NCBI GenBank assembly: GCA_964016885.1
Contig: OZ024742.1
Coordinates: 3,472,001 to 3,536,000, forward strand
Source of the DNA: Eledone cirrhosa
Lineage: Eukaryota
DNA length: 64,000 nt
Reading direction: 5' to 3'
The position numbers were made by a program, and so were the translations under genes. The stretch's first letter is position 1. Each line of letters starts with the position of its first letter. Shown here one piece after another: positions 1 through 12,537 of this stretch. A model generated the notes under the pieces. The model saw nothing but the letters and a program-made list of their open reading frames with translations. It searched no databases and was not told the origin of the DNA.

Positions 1-1268
1 GTTCTGTACGCATCTTGGGCAGGTCCGTCTGACAGCACTTCCGTGCCTGTAGAGTTTATCCCGAACCGGCAGTGCCCCCCGGTAGCACTGCCAAGCGAGG
101 GATTTCTGGAAATTGTCCATCGTCCCCGGCTCAAAAGTCCTCCGGTACAGACTGGTCAGTTCGACTTCGTCGAGGACCAAAGCTTCTCCGAGTGCGTCAT
201 CGCACTTGCCCACCACTAATCCTCTATAGAACTCGAGAGTGGAAGTTCCACTGATCGCATTGTCCGCTTGGTAGAGGGCAGTGAGTACCTGGCAACATTC
301 CAGGTGCCAGTCAACCAGTCTCGGTCTGTTCTTGACCCAGGACTGCAGCTCAGTCAAAGAAATGAGCTGCGGAAAGGCCCGTCTGATAAACCGTGACCAC
401 ACCTGTTCACCGTTGAGGCAGAATATCTGGAGATGTCGCAGCCTCAACGCATTTCTGTGCATCATTAGCCACGGCATGCCCAGCCCTCCGCGTAGAGGGG
501 GCTGGCAGTAGAAGGAACGCCTCACCAACGGAACTTGTCCCCTCCACAAGAATTTGAAGAGGAGCCGTTCCAAATTGACGAGGCGCGGACGGGGGCAAGG
601 CACGACGGTCAGGCGGTAGTTGATGACGGACGCGATATACGCATTCGCCACCTCCGCGCGACCTTTCAGTGTAAGCTTCCTCCCAGCCCATTTTTGGGTG
701 AGACTGGCTACTCTGCTCGTTACCTCGTCCCAATTCTTTTCCACCTGGAGGTCTGGTCCGAACCAAACTCGAGCAACTTTGCCGGTCCGTCCGTCCAGCG
801 CCCTACGACGCTGTTGGACGGCATGGGCTTGCCTCTCCAGGTTCCGAGCTGCAAGCCCACCGACATTTCCGGGTTAAGTTTGGCTCCTGTCACCCTTTCA
901 TATTCCTTCAATAAGGTGCCGACCACCTCGATTTCTGAGGTGTTCGACACCATCATGGTGATGTTGTCCGCATAAGCCGACACCGCCTTTCCACGTCCCG
1001 GTTCGAGCGGGATGCCCTGCAACAGCTCCAGCTTCCGCAGTAAAGGCTCGAGAGTCAATACGTACAGAAGGGAAGAGAGAGGGCACCCTTGCCGGACCGA
1101 TCGGGAGAGCCGAAATGGTTCCGAGAGGTGGCCATTAACCTTGACCACCGAGCGTGTGCCGCTGTGCATTGCAGTGATCCAGCTTCTAAAGACAGGGGCG
1201 AAGCCAGCTGCTTTGAGGACAAACTCCAGATACCGATGGTCGACCCTATCGAATACTTTCGATTGAGA
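1..1268 (-). mobile_element. L1/Tx1-clade LINE fragment (RT and C-terminal part of ORF2), degenerate, runs off window start
   Basis: ORF 720-1286(-): QSKVFDRVDH...SVRQGCPLS...SAYADN; downstream DNFQKSLAWQCYRGALPVRDKLYRH matches the other Tx1 copies in the window. Confidence 0.9.
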
Positions 1269-2100
1269 GGTGTAAACGAGGCTCATATGGCTATAAGGAT
1301 CAGCTTTTGGTTAACAAAATGATACTGGAAGATTGTTATAATAGACACAAAAATCTATCAATTGCTTAGATAGATTATAAAAAAGCATTCGATAGTTTGC
1401 CACACAGTTGATTTTCAAAATATCTCCCGTTGTCATGAGGTTCTTGTCATCCAGTATGAAGACATGGAAAACGACACTCCTTTCGAACAGTGAAACAAAA
1501 TCAATGGAAGCTGGAGAAGTTAATATTAATTTTGGAATTTTTTCAGGGTGACTCTTTATCACCGCTTTTATTCTGCATCGCACTGTACCATTAAGTAAAT
1601 TGCTCAATGAAACAAAACATGGATATAAAGGCTATGACAAAACCATTAATCACTTGTTCTACATGGATGACCTGAATATATTTGCAAAAAATGATGAACA
1701 ATTGCAATAGACAAGAATGTATCTATAAAAACATTTGAAAAATTGAGCAAGTATAAGGACCTGGAGATAGAAATTGGAAAAATGTGGAAATTGAGAACTA
1801 AAACATACCAGTGGTTGTAGGCGTTCTAGGAATGATACCTAAGGGGTCTAATGATTACTTATCGCAAATCCCAGGAAACCCGCGTATAGGAGAAATACAA
1901 AAGATAGTACTAATGGGAACTGCCCATATACTAAGGAAGATTCTGTCAATAGAAGTACATCACAAGTCTAAACACCTAAAGATGCATGTGTGTGTATGTA
2001 TGTTCTTTCTTGAAAATGGCAGACCTTGTTGTCTCTTGAGGTCACTGGTTGTGACTTGGTGATAACTCGTATGAACATAAAGCAAGATAAATGCAGCTGT
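1266..2100 (+). mobile_element. R4/Dong-clade LINE family B, 5'-truncated with ~1.25-kb internal deletion
   Basis: Matches the 34413-39373 copy: GCKRGSYG.KDQLLVNKMILED, HLFYMDDL, then jumps at ~1708 to DKNVSIKTFEKLSKYKDLEIE; 3' end GATAAATGCAGCTG followed by (TAA)n. Confidence 0.9.
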
Positions 2101-2148
2101 AATAATAATAATAATAATATTAATAATAATAATAATAATAGTAATAAT
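2100..2148. repeat. (TAA)n microsatellite shared by tail-to-tail Dong-B and Tx1 3' ends
   Basis: Direct reading. Confidence 0.95.
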
Positions 2149-3620
2149 GATTTCTTTATTGGCCACAAGGGCTAACATCAAGGAAAACATTACAGACGGC
2201 ACAGGAGGGTACAGGACGGTACGATGTGGGTTTTGTGCGTGTAAATATTTTTATTATTTATATAAGAAAAAAAAAAGGACATAGAAACATATATATATAT
2301 AAACAATAAAAATGAAAATTGAAACAATGAAAAATTCCCCAATAGGGGGGAAACCTCCGAGGGTTACTCGTGGCGAAAACCACACAAAAGACAACGGCTA
2401 GCCTGACCACCAGGGCGAGCGCCCTCTCTCAATTTTTCCATCTCTCAAACTACAGACGTATATTCAGAGTGGTCCCGTTCACTCGGACCATTCTCGCTAC
2501 ATTCACCCACCTTTCAACAAACTTGCTAGAAAGCAGCACTTGCCTCTCCACCCTGATTTTCCTCTTCAAGTGAAACTTGAAAAAGTTAATTAGGGATTCG
2601 CCGGGGAGGAAAGTGTCTGTTTTAACACTTTTAACCTTGTCCACCACAAATCTCTTTCGCCATGGCCACCAGGCAGATGAAAACCGCTTGCCCTTCCTCC
2701 TCGAAGGAAGACGGCGAGATCATCTGCACAATGGACTCAGTCGACAACCGGATCAGTCCCACACGCGACTGCAACTGTTCGACATAGCTCCACAAGTCAG
2801 CAATGCTCGGACACTGAACGAGTGCGTGCACAACGGTTTCGTCGCTCTGCGCGCATCACGGACAGGCTCGGCTGACGGCACTTCCGTGCCTGTAGAGCTT
2901 ATCTCGAACCGGTAACGCTCCCCCGGTAGCACTGCCAGGCCAGGGATTTTTGGAAGTTATCCATAGGCCTCGGGCTGAAAGTTCTCCGGAAGAGAGCAAA
3001 CAGCTGATCTTCTTTGACGCCCAGGATCTCTCCGAGAATGTCGTCGCTCTTCCCCTCCACTAGTCCTCTATAGAACGCCGAGGTGGATGTTCCACCGATA
3101 CTGGTGCCCATCTGGGAGAGGGCAGTGAGCGCCTGGAGACATTCCAGTTTCCAAGCGCTAACCCTCGGTCTTTTTCTGACTCAGGACTGCAGCTCAGTCA
3201 AGGAGATTAGCTGTGGGAAACGTTCCTTGCGAACGGCGACCACAGCCGTTCACCATCAGGGAAGCACCAGAGATGTCGCAGCTTCAGCGCATGTTTGCGC
3301 ATCATCAGCCATGACATGCCCAGTCCTCCACGCAACGGGTGTTGACAGCAGATGGATCGTCTGACCATGAGAGCGCGTCCCTTCCACAAGAAGCGGAAGA
3401 GGAGGCGCTCCATTTTGGTGAGAGTTGGCTGGAGCAAGGGACGACGGTGAGGTGGTAGCAGATGACGGATGCGATGTACGCATTCGCCACCTCCGCCTGG
3501 CCTTTCAGGGACAGCTTCCTCTCAGCCCATTTCTGGGTGAGGGAGGCCACCCTGCTCGTCACCTCGTTCCAGTTTTTCTCCATCTGGAGGTCCGGTCCGA
3601 ACCAGACCCCGAGCAATTTA
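2149..3620 (-). mobile_element. Tx1-clade LINE 3' fragment (ATT-associated family)
   Basis: LLGVWFGPDLQMEKNW, C-terminus WVNVARMVRVNGTTLNIRL* (stop at 2450), 3' UTR with AATAAA at 2160-2155 then (ATT)n. Confidence 0.9.
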
Positions 3621-3625
3621 ATAAT

Positions 3626-4118
3626 AGTGGTATGAGCATACGCCAGAGTCGGTGATAGAAAACGATCAGGTGAAGGTGTTGTGGGATTTTAGGCTACAGA
3701 GGGACAAGAAACTGGAACACAATAGACCTGACCTGGTGGTTTTGGACAAGGAAAAAAGATCGTGCCTGATTGTGGATGTGGCCTGCCCATTCGACACGAG
3801 AGTGCAAGAGAAGGAGAGGGAGAAAATTAACCGAATCCAGGAATTAAAGTGGGCGGTAAAAAGGATTTGGAACTGCCATGAAGTCAAAGTGGTCCCGATT
3901 CTCATAGGTGCCCTAGGTACTATCTCAAAAAGTTTCCAGGGATGGTTACAGAAAATTGGCCCCGCCACGCTTTTTGGGACGCTCCAAAAGGCATGCTTGC
4001 TGGGAACAGCAAGAACCCTCCGATACGTCCTGAATATCTGAGGCTGCAGGTAGTGGCTTGATATTCATTTCAACAAAATTTCCAGTTAACTAACATCAAT
4101 AACTGAGACTCAAAGAAC
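3626..4118 (+). mobile_element. R4/Dong-clade LINE family A, 3' fragment (restriction-like endonuclease domain)
   Basis: ORF 3652-4041: VLWDFRLQRD..HNRPDLVV..VDVACP..EKINR..L; 3' end GAGACTCAAAGAAC then AATAATAAT; starts after a short TAATAATA. Confidence 0.9.
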
Positions 4119-4140
4119 AATAATAATATATTATTATTAT

Positions 4141-5314
4141 CTAGCTAGGGTTAGATCGTATAACGGAAATAAAAGACCATGTGACCTCTGCGCCGCTGAA
4201 GCCCTGGAAATAGTCTACGCCACAGACCACATCTTAAGCAAAAAATCTGAGGCAATTTCGGCTTGTAAACATAAATTGCACAAAACTTTCCTGTATTACA
4301 GCCCCACATTATACCCTAACGGATAGTACGATCTATACGCGGATATTTTACGTCTTGATGTGGTAGCTAAGTATATGTTATGTTTATACCATTACTTATT
4401 TGCATAGGTAAGTATATATTATCTGTATGTTTTGTGAAGGTACGTATACTTTCTCGTACGTATATTTGATTGTATATGTTATGGCGTATATTTTACATAT
4501 TCTTGTACATATGCTTTTGGTTATGTGTATACGTGAGTTTGGCGTCTGTGTGAGTATGCGGATTCATACGTATGTAGGGTGCGTGTATATGTGTACTTCG
4601 TGTTTTGGTTGACGTACGTCTCCGAACATTTGTGTATTTACATGTAGGTATGTGTGTGCGCGCATTATATACGTATTTATTTATTCATATACATTTATTT
4701 AATTATTTGTATACACGCACAGACACACATATTTATATGTCCGTGTATTTGTATACCTATGGCGAGTGTTTTCGCGTATGCTTGTGTATGTACGTATTTG
4801 GATGCGTGTATGTATTTATTTAATTTCAATTACCTCTGTATTTTATTTATTTTATTCTTAACTCTGAAGCTGAGAATCATTTGGTTTCCTAGTTAGAATT
4901 TTAGTCTACGACTTCAGCTATACCATTTACGTGGTTTTGTCTTTGCGTGCAATTGTTCTCCACGCTCCACATATGACGTATTATCTTCGTTTTTTTTTTC
5001 GTTCATTGCCAGAGAACGTCTCTATGAACCACATAAGAGAATATTAGCCTACGACTTCTTTTATACCATAAACGTGGTTCTGTCTTTGCGTGTAATTGTT
5101 TTTCACCGCTCCAAATAATGACGTATTATATTCGTTTTTTCCCGTTCTTTGCCAGGGAACGTTTCCACGAACCAAAGTATCGTCTTCCTGTCTTCCTCCG
5201 GTTGCAACGTTTTTTAAAATATCCAGTTCTGCGTTTACAGATTGACTTTGTTAGTTTCAGAAGATCCCATTAAGGGTGAAAGCAGCGATTCTTGGCTTAA
5301 ACTTTAATCTGTTA

Positions 5315-5320
<6 letters not shown>
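4141..5320 (+). mobile_element. Penelope-like element 3' fragment (GIY-YIG C-terminus plus 3' UTR)
   Basis: 4141-4326 translates as LARVRSYNGNKRPCDLCAAEALEI..ILSKKSEAISACKH, the same motif series as the C-terminus of the 21.8-23.4 kb element; ~143-bp direct repeat (4906/5049); decayed hammerhead-like core at 5258-5281; ends in (TA)n. Confidence 0.7.

Positions 5321-5404
<84 letters not shown>
5320..5404. repeat. (TA)n microsatellite
   Basis: Direct reading. Confidence 0.95.
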
Positions 5405-5609
5405 AACACACACACATACGCATTTACACACGCATATATACATATACAAGCAAATATAAACAAGTACACACATATATATATACACACACTTTTATAGATA
5501 TACACACACACACTGACATATACATATAACCACACACACTCATATACACAGCCACTTTACAGTGAAACCTAATACGAATATATTTTCTTTCCCTCCAACA
5601 ATTATTTTG

Positions 5610-7000
5610 TTACTCTCTCTCAAAATTATACTCTCTCTCACTAAAACATTATAACTTTCTCTCCCTCTCTATATACCACTACATTTCTCACTCATTCTCA
5701 CTCTTTTAATTTCCCCTCTTTCATTAAAACAACAATCTCTCTGCCTCTCTCTCTATCCTAATACATATCCCTCCCTATCTCTCACTAGACCACCAAATTC
5801 ATTCCTCCTCTCTATCTCATTACATACCTCACTTTCACTAACAATCCCCCCCTCACTAAGTCAACCAAATCTCTGCGCCCTCACTCTATGCCACTACATA
5901 CCTCACTCTCAATCCCGCCTCTCTCACTAGAACACTAATCTATCTCCCCCTCTCTATTCCCCATTAAATACCTCACTCTCGCTCACAATTCTTCCTCTTT
6001 CACTAGACCACCAAATTCTCTCCCCCTCTTTATATTCCACTACATACCTCACTCCCTTTTACTCTCTTAACTGCTCCTCTCTCACTAGGCTAATAATCTA
6101 TCACTCCTTCTCTATATTCCACTACATACCGCAATCACTCTCTCAGTGCCCCCTCTCTCACTAGACCACCAAATTCTCTCCCACCTTTCTCTATTCCACC
6201 ATATAACTCATTCTTTCACTCTCTTAATTCCCTCTCTCCTACTAAAGCAAAAAATTCTCTCACGCTCTCTATATTCCACTACATACCTCACTCACTAACA
6301 CAATTCCCCCCCCCCTCTTACTAGACCACCACATTATTTCTCTCTCACTCTATACAACTACATACGTCACTCTCTCACATTAGACCAACAATCAATCTCC
6401 CCCTCTTTATATGCTACTACATACTTCACACTCTCTAACATCCCCTCTCTCACTAGATCACTAACCTATCTCATCCTCTCTATAACCCAATACATACGTC
6501 ACTCTCTCTCTCTCACAACTCCCCCTCTCTTAGTAGACCGCCAAATGCTATCCCCTCTTTATATTCCACTACATACCTAACTCCCTTTCACTCTCTTAAC
6601 TGCTCCTCTCTCACTAGGCTAATAAACTCTCACCCCTCTCTATATCCCACTACATACTTCATTCTCTCTCAGAATTCCCCCTCTCACTAAGCCAACAAAT
6701 TCTCTCCCCCTCTTTATATTCCACTGTATACCGCATCCTCTCTCCCTCTCTTTATTCCCCCTCTCTCACTAGACCAACAAATTCTCTCCCCCTCTCTATA
6801 TCCCACTATATGCCTCACTCTCTCCCTCACGATTCCCCCTCTCTCACTAAGCCAACAAACTCTTTCCCTCTCTAAACCACTAAATATTTCATTCTCTTAC
6901 AATTATCTCTCTCTCACTAGATCCCCACTTAATCTCCCCCTCTCTATATCCTAATACATACCTCACTCTCTCTAAATTCCCCCTCTCTCACTAAACCAAC
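5610..7000. repeat. C/T-rich, G-poor minisatellite, ~70-80-bp degenerate unit, roughly 18 copies
   Basis: Recurring CTCTCTCACTAGACCACCAAATTCTCTCCCCCTCTCTATATTCCACTACATACCTCACT. Confidence 0.9.
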
Positions 7001-7196
7001 ATAGACGTGTATTACTTCGCTCCGGATTTTTACGGATTATTGTTAAAAAAAATGTGAGTTCATTGTTCAATTTATTAACATTGTTTAGCTTAACCCCTTG
7101 CCTGGGCCTTCAGACGTTGAGTCAACTAATTTTCGCCCCTTTCTGGGGCGAAATTTTAATTTTCATCTCAAAACTGTGTAGACTTGGTAGTCAACA

Positions 7197-8989
7197 ATGG
7201 ATGCCATTTCAACATCGCACACTGTCGTGAGTACCACGTTCACTAAGAAAAGTGGTGGAGGGAAGCTAGGAGTACAAAGCTTGCAGCCTTCCCCCCACGC
7301 ATTATCGGAAAACGTTGAAAATATTGAAACCACGGAACCAAACCCGGTAAATAATACCAGCACCAACAACAAGAATAATGACAATAACACCACAACCAAC
7401 AACTGCAACAATAACAACACCAAGGAAAACATGAACAATATCACCAACAGTGACAGCAACAAAAAAGACAACAACACCTAAACGACGTTCGCACAGACTG
7501 TAAAAAAAAACGAACTATACACGCCAATTGACATAACAAATGCTAAACAACTACTACAAGACGCAAAACAATTCGTGACTTTTGGCGAAAACGGTGCTTT
7601 TAGTATTACGTAGAGAGGCTGTCCTGAAAACTGTGGTTTTCAGGACAATATAGAACGAAACAAGAAAACCAGCTCAATTATCACAAAATGAAATTGATGG
7701 TTCGAAAAGATGCAATGAAGGACATAACCTTCATCCAAAAAGGAAAACTGTTTGGTAGCATTTAGGTGCTAATGAATAACCAGCCAACAGCACAAAAATA
7801 CTCTGTATCACCCATTGTGTCCCCCCCCCGCTTCACCTATTCCCCCACATACAGGGGAAAAAGAACACAAAGAATAAAAATAATGAGTATCACACCAAAT
7901 GTAAATATTTGGTGGATACTATGTGGATTCATTAACTTTGATGAAGACAGGATAATTTCAGTAGGAAAGTCCTCCGGAGGTGTATTTGGTGGGACCAGCG
8001 TAGAAGTTCTGGTGCAAATGAGCACAGAACGAATAGCGAATATCCCACAATGCGTGCCTCTGGACGGGCTAACTTATATAAACATTTCAGTGGAGGGAAG
8101 GCGGCCGTCATGTTACCACTGCTTAAGCAGGGGTCATCTGAGGGCTGCCTGTCCTCAATTAACGAGTAAAAAAAAAAGGCTCTTTTGCCAACCCCGAACA
8201 CAACAACACAACGACCACCACCACCACAACAACAACAACAACAACAACAACAACCACAACAACACGGAAAAATAACAACACAAGACACTGTTCCACCCAA
8301 CCCCTCCCCACCTAAAACAAATACAAAAGCAACCACAACAAAACCGCAAAATATACCCCTCCCCAACAACACGGAATCGGACTCCGTATCAACGTCACCC
8401 ATTGACGACGAGGGAGAAAACTTTCAACAGGAGAAAAGGAAAAAAAAAGGCACCACATTAACAAAAATGCAACAAACACACAACCACCAGCACAAACAGG
8501 ACAAACATCACAACCCCCCCCCCCCCCGAAAACATAACACATACTACAAAACCCAAACACGCACAAGAACAACAAACAAAAACAAAAACAAACACAACAC
8601 AACAAAAACTCTATACATACATTAACAAGAACAATAAAACTTTGATGAAAGCAATAGACAATAACCCTTCGGTGGAAACCGAAGGGATCACTTTCACCTA
8701 CGCAGCGGACAAACCGCACCTAATGATGATTAGGGTCCCAACGGAAACCTATGTAACTCTGAAAAAGAACCATCCAATGCATGTGGGGACCACCTGCACC
8801 AAACCACTTAACAGCGTCCTATTGAGATGTTTCCCCACCCTCACACCAGATACCAGCACCCCACCAAACACCCCAATCCCACCACACACTGATGTCCTCA
8901 CCCCACCACAAACCACCACCCCACCAAACAACCCCTCCAACACCCCCATGGAAATTGTGCAGCCTGGTCCCCAGGAGACGAAGAGGTAA
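7197..8989 (+). pseudogene. Tx1 ORF1 (CCHC zinc knuckle, Pro/Thr/Asn-rich), frameshifted
   Basis: INISVEGRRPSCYHCLSRGHLRAAC; split over several ORF-track pieces. Confidence 0.85.
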
Positions 8990-9030
8990 GTAATTTCCTT
9001 TCTTCTTCCTTTTAACTCTTCAGCACCAAC

Positions 9031-12000
9031 ATGGCCAATATAAGAGTTGGATGTGTGAATGCACGCGGCCTGGGGATGTCCTGGAAACAGGGGAAAATCT
9101 TAAATGACCTCAGGTCGCACAGAGTGGATGTAATGGTTATTTGCGAGTCCAGGATCAGCAGCGAGCGCCAACTGGCCCCCATCTTCGACGACTTTGAGAT
9201 CTACGCATCTCTCTGTCAGCCGAGGGGTGGGGGTGGGGTTGTCGTTCTGCTGCGAAAATACCTGCGTATTGCCACACAGAAGATACACCTGTACCCGGAG
9301 GGTCGACTGGTGGTTTTAGACGTCGGCAGTAGTGAAGGTGGAGCTTTCAGGCTGGTGGCAGCGTATGCCCCATCTGGGACACCGCGACCGGACTTCTTCC
9401 GACGCCTTGAGAATTTCCTGAGAACGTCTTGCTCCTTGCTTTTAGTGGGGGACTGGAATGGTATCCTGGATGCACGTTGGGACTATGTAGGGGCATGTCC
9501 CGATAGAGGGGGGTGTAACAGCCTCAAACGATTAATCGGCCGATTTGATCTGGCCGATAGATATCGACTAGATTTTCCGACTGTGCCACTGTGGACGTGT
9601 ACTAATCGTAGCGGAACATCTAGGTCGTACCTAGATAGGTTCCTAGTTAGAAATAAGGATAGAGACATATTAAGCTGTCCACGAATGTTCATGGTTGACT
9701 ATTCGGATCACAAGTTGCTGACTGGAGTGGTCAACCTCGATAGAACTCATAGACAGGGACCCGGTTACTGGAAGCTAAACTTGTCTTTACCGACAAACAA
9801 AGCTTACAGTAAGCGGATTAGCACACTAGTTAAGCAGCGGTTGACGGGGGCAATTGTCAACAGCAGGTGGTGGGGCTCTCTCAAGAGAGAAATTAGAATA
9901 GAATCGATAGGTTTTAGTCAGAAATTAGCATCAGATAGGAATAGAACTGAAAGTGAATTAATAGATAGAGTAGAAGAGGTGATTAGGAGTGGCTACGTGG
10001 CCGGCGTGCTGGCGTCAAGAACTGCCCTAGACCAGTTCTTTGATGCGAAGCACGAGGGCTGCGTTGTCAGGAGTAAAATACGTGTTCTGGGTAACGAGGG
10101 AGCCAAAGCTGTTAGCTGGGCCCGATTGACAGAGGAAAAAAGTGGAAACAAGCCCACAATTCGGTCTTTGAAGGACCAGGATGAACGCGTGATCCTTGAA
10201 CCTGAGCGGATAAGCGCGGCCTTTCAACGGCGCTTTGCACGACTGTTCGGGAGGGGCGGCGGGCCGGGTGGGGCCATGTATTTCGGTCCATACCTAGACG
10301 GTTTGGCGCGGCCTCGGACGGGGAGGCGAAGTCCTGTGAGAGACCGATTTCAGCCGCTGAAATAGGGGAAGCGCTGAGCCAATGCAGCAAACGCGAATCT
10401 CCGTGTCTCGATGGTCTACCATACGAACTTTATGTAGCGATGCCGGGCTTGTTCTCCGGTCTCCTCGAGGCGGTCTACTGCAACTGGCAACAGAACGGGA
10501 GAATTCCCAGTTCTGTGACCAAGGGCGTAGTCACGCTGGTGAGGAAGGATGAGAACAAGGGGGATGACATAGATAACTTCAGGCCCATAACTCTGCTAAA
10601 CACAGAGTTAAAGATTTTGGCCAAGGTGTTAGCGAAGAGGTTGGCGCTTGTCGTCGGGAACCTGGTGGGAGATGCGCATACATGCGCAATCCCGTCCAGG
10701 TCTATACACGAAAACCTCCACCTCATGCGATACATTGTAGAGAGTGTAGGGAACGAACCCGGCTTTGGTGGGGCCCTGATCAACTTGGATCAATCTAAGG
10801 CGTTCGATAGGGTCGACCATCGATACCTGGATGCGGTGCTCGCGGCGGCAGGCTTCGGACCCGTTTTCAGGGGCTGGATTGCTGCAATGCACAGCAGCAA
10901 CACCTGCTCGAGCGTCAAGGTGAACGGCTATCTCTCGAAGCCGTTCCAAATCACGCGATCCATCCGACAGGGATGCCCCCTCTCCTCCCTTCTGTATGTG
11001 CTGGCTCTTGAGCCACTACTGCGGAAGCTGGAGCTGTTGCAGGGCATCCCCTTGGAACCGGGATTGCGGAAAGCGGTGTCGGCCTGCGCCGATGACGTGA
11101 CAGTAATGGTTTCGTGCGCCTCTGAAATCGGGCAGACCGGCACCTTACTGGAGGAATATGAAAGGTTCACAGGAGCTAAGCTGAACCGGGACAAGTCCGT
11201 CGGTTTGCAACTTGGGACGTGGAGGGGCAAACCGATGCCCTCCGACGACATCGTCGGTAGCTGGACGGAGGGACCGGTGAAGCTGCTCGGGGTCTGGTTC
11301 GGACCGGACCTCCAGGTGGAGAAAAACTGGGACGAGGTAACGGGCAAGGTGTTTGCACTCGCCCAGAAGTGGGCCCAGTGCAAACTATCCCTGAAAGGTC
11401 GAGCGGAGGTGGCGAACGCTTATATAGCGTCTGTCATCTACTACCGCTTGACCGCCGTGCCTTGCCCAGAGAAAACACTCGTCAAAATGGAGCGCGCGCT
11501 CTTCCGATTTTTTTGGAAGAAGCGGGCTCATTTGGTGAGAAGATCCATCTGCTGTCAACACCCTTCGAACGGAGGGCTGGGGATGCCGTGGCTGACGATG
11601 CGTAGACACGCATTAAGGCTACGGTACCTCCAGGTATTCCTCACCGGTCAGCCGGTGTGGGCCCTGTTTGTGGAGACTCAACCTCAACATTCTATAGAGG
11701 GTTGGTGCGAAGTAAGTGTGACGACGCTCTCGGAGAGGCTCTGGGCATGGAGGAAGATGAGCTAGCCAGTCTGTTCGGTAGGACGTTTGGCCCGGGACCG
11801 ATGGACAACTTCCAAAAGTCCCTGGCTTGGCAATGTTACCGGGGAGCTCTACCCGTTCGGGACAAGCTCTATAGACACGGGCGCCCGGGTAGGGATCCTC
11901 GAAGAAGATCTGTCCGAGATGCGTGCGTGACGAGGAAACCGTCGCACACGCATTCGTACACTGCCCGGGCGTTGCTGACCTGTGGGGCTATGTGGAACGA

Positions 12001-12243
12001 CTACTGTCGCGGGTGGGACCAATCCGGTTGACCACCGAGAACATTGTCACGATCAAACAGCCTCCCCCTTTCAAAAACGAAGGAGAGGCGGTTTTCCTCT
12101 GTGTGATAGCTATGGCGAAAGAGATTGTATGGTGGACAAGGTTGAAAGGGTTGAGGTCAGACACCTTTCTCTCCGGCCAACAACTGGTCCTTTTTTTCAA
12201 GTACCACTTTAGAAGAAGGATCAGAATGGAGAGAGAGGTGCTC
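9031..12243 (+). pseudogene. Tx1 ORF2 (APE endonuclease, RT, zinc finger), disrupted
   Basis: NARG, ICES, VGDWNG, YLDRFL, YSDH (APE); FRPITLLN, DQSKAFDRVDH, RQGCPLS, CADD (RT). Confidence 0.92.
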
Positions 12244-12537
12244 TACCTCTTTATTTATTTTGAATCTATCTATCTATTTATCTATCTATCTATATACTAC
12301 TACTTAATCTAGCTGTCGTCTGTTCTACAGTGTGGATGTAATTCACTTCGCGCAGAAGTTTTGTTCAAATTTATTGCGGAAATTTTGTGAGTTCAAATTT
12401 AATTTTGATACTATTGTGTAGCTTGACCCCCCGTCTGAACTGTCAGGCGGTGGGTCAGCTCATCTTTACCCCTCCTAGAGGTGAAAAACCTGTTTTAAAA
12501 AATTTTGTGGCAAAAAAATTTCAATCGTCTGACAGAA

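Larger units (their letters stand above)
7001..12243 (+). mobile_element. Tx1-clade LINE, near full-length, 3'-truncated (copy a1)
   Basis: 5' UTR hairpins, ORF1 and ORF2 homologous to the 12303-18099 copy; homology stops at MEREVL. Confidence 0.9.

Noticed and set aside
5610-7000. CRISPR-like array
   Set aside because: Degenerate tandem repeat without unique spacers; eukaryotic context and no cas genes
8986-9023. 38-nt GT..AG micro-intron that would fuse ORF1 and ORF2 in frame in Tx1 copy a1
   Set aside because: The other two copies have no AG between the donor and the ORF2 ATG, and 38 nt is very short; only the donor is conserved
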